Positions 62,645 to 64,000 of a stretch of DNA of 64,000 nt are shown here, one piece after another; position 1 is the stretch's first letter, and each line of letters opens with the position of its first letter. Position numbers and translations under genes: made by a program. The notes under the pieces are model-generated. The model made no database searches. It was not told the origin of the DNA and worked only from the letters and a program-made list of their open reading frames with translations. Source of the DNA: Entomortierella parvispora E1425 (Eukaryota; Fungi; Mortierellomycota); assembly GCA_020891255.1 (NCBI GenBank), contig BQFW01000008.1, forward strand, positions 1,178,001 to 1,242,000, in the 5' to 3' direction.

Positions 62645-64000
62645 CTACTTTTTGCGAGGTTTGATATCTGCCTCGGACACTGGACTAAGCATGATGGTAT
62701 TCTTGAAACTCTCTGATGCTCCAGTGTAGCCCTATTAGAATGGTTGGAAATAAAAAGAAATAAAGTGTCAATTGACCGATATACAACCCAATAGTTCAGC
62801 TTGAATAGTATGCCCATGGTTACTGCAGTTGTTGTTGTTGTTGTTGTACCTTGCTCCAGTCGTAACTGACAGCGTAAGCATAGATGCTTCCGTTTCTGTT
62901 GAATGTGGCCGCAGAGATGGGTCCAGCCTGCTTGTTGAAGACCTTGAGCTTCTGCTTTGAGTCCTTGTCCCAGAAAGTAAATCCACCATCAGACCCTGCT
63001 GTTGCAAAGGTACCAAATACGGGGTGGAAGGAAATGGCATTGACTGCATAGACGGATGCGTTGGCGGCCGAGGGTGCTCCATCGCGATGGCACTTGAAAG
63101 AAAAGTTTCCTCTGCAGAAATGAAAACAATATTAGCTCCCATGTAAAGGTGATACATCTCCTGAGAACCAGAAAAGGAGAAGCTTTCAAGAAAGGAAAAA
63201 AAAAACGTACTGGCTATCCTTGACGTCCGTGTACTGAATGGCGACACGACCTTCGATACTTCCGACAGCAAATCCACCACCGGTGGTGAAGCAGGAAACC
63301 ACGCGCGTCTGCATCTTGAGGGGACTCTCCATGGTTCTGAATGGCACGGCAGGGTTACTCATGTCGTACATTGTAATGGATCGGTCCGCCGTCGCTGCAA
63401 CAAGGAGTGATCCGTGTGTGTCCATCGAGTAAAGTCTATCGCTGAGCGCCACTGAAGAGACAGGGGTAGGCTGTCTAATATCCCAGTACTATTGTTGTAG
63501 AAAGAGAAAGAAAGAAAAAACAGGCAAGTTGGTAAGAGAGAGTATTCCTGCACATCCCTCATGGCACACAGCAAACGGCGGGATTCTGTCATCGTCCTCT
63601 CTATACCTTGATCGTCTTATCCCAGCTTCCTGTGGCCACAATGTTGGCTCCATCGACCCATCTCAACCCCTTGATGGGAGCATCGTGTTTTGCGAACTGT
63701 GTGGGTTGACCTGTGGTTACATCAAACATTCTTCCTGCACTGTCCGCGCCTCCTGAAGCGAGTTTTGAGCCATCCTAAAAGAACAATATAAAGAAGAATG
63801 GCAGAAACTGTGTGAGAAATCATCGATAAAGTAAAGCTCAATCAACCATAGGTATCGAGAATAAGAAAAAAACTGCTTACTGGACTCCATTGGCAGACAA
63901 GAGCGGGCCCTTCGTGAGAGTACATGGCCTTGGCCACGGTTGAGCCATCTCCCATGACTTCCCAGATACGAACCTATTACAGAGAAGAGGGGTTGGTCAG
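62645..64000 (-). CDS. RAE1: mRNA export factor Rae1/Gle2 (WD40), 5' end outside the window
   Basis: [29 protein letters not shown]...[38 protein letters not shown] and [10 protein letters not shown]. Confidence 0.93.

Overview
Intron-rich, gene-dense eukaryotic DNA from an early-diverging fungus. Mortierellaceae is the most likely source, inferred from a MALCE1/ELO3-like elongase, ubiquitin with Gln28, and the intron and low-complexity style. About 22 protein-coding genes can be modelled by hand: TBC1D5-like RabGAP, exportin-7, PalC, hexa-ubiquitin, Nup85, a fatty-acid elongase, a SUR7/PalI protein, RABL3, SmgGDS/RAP1GDS1, a YccU-like CoA-binding protein, OGFOD1/Tpa1, Rai1/DXO, Fet3 ferroxidase, an ankyrin-bromo-BAH RSC-like protein, RPL38, an unknown coiled-coil protein, a putative GPI-anchored Cys-rich protein, RBM8A, stomatin-like 2, a TLC-domain protein, MCC alpha and Rae1 (partial), plus an unidentified gene end at the left edge. 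There is one accessory gap (about 23.5-28.4 kb) holding a 19-bp minisatellite with an inverted copy and decayed tandem paralogs with nested repeats. No rRNA, tRNA, CRISPR array or recognisable transposase was seen. The most notable observations are: RABL3 lying tail-to-tail with its known human partner SmgGDS; roughly 6 of about 95 introns needing GC-AG donors; SreA-type ATCWGATAA boxes upstream of a FET3 with no neighbouring FTR1; and an unusual ankyrin-bromo-BAH-Ig chromatin protein. All exon boundaries are manual predictions without RNA evidence.
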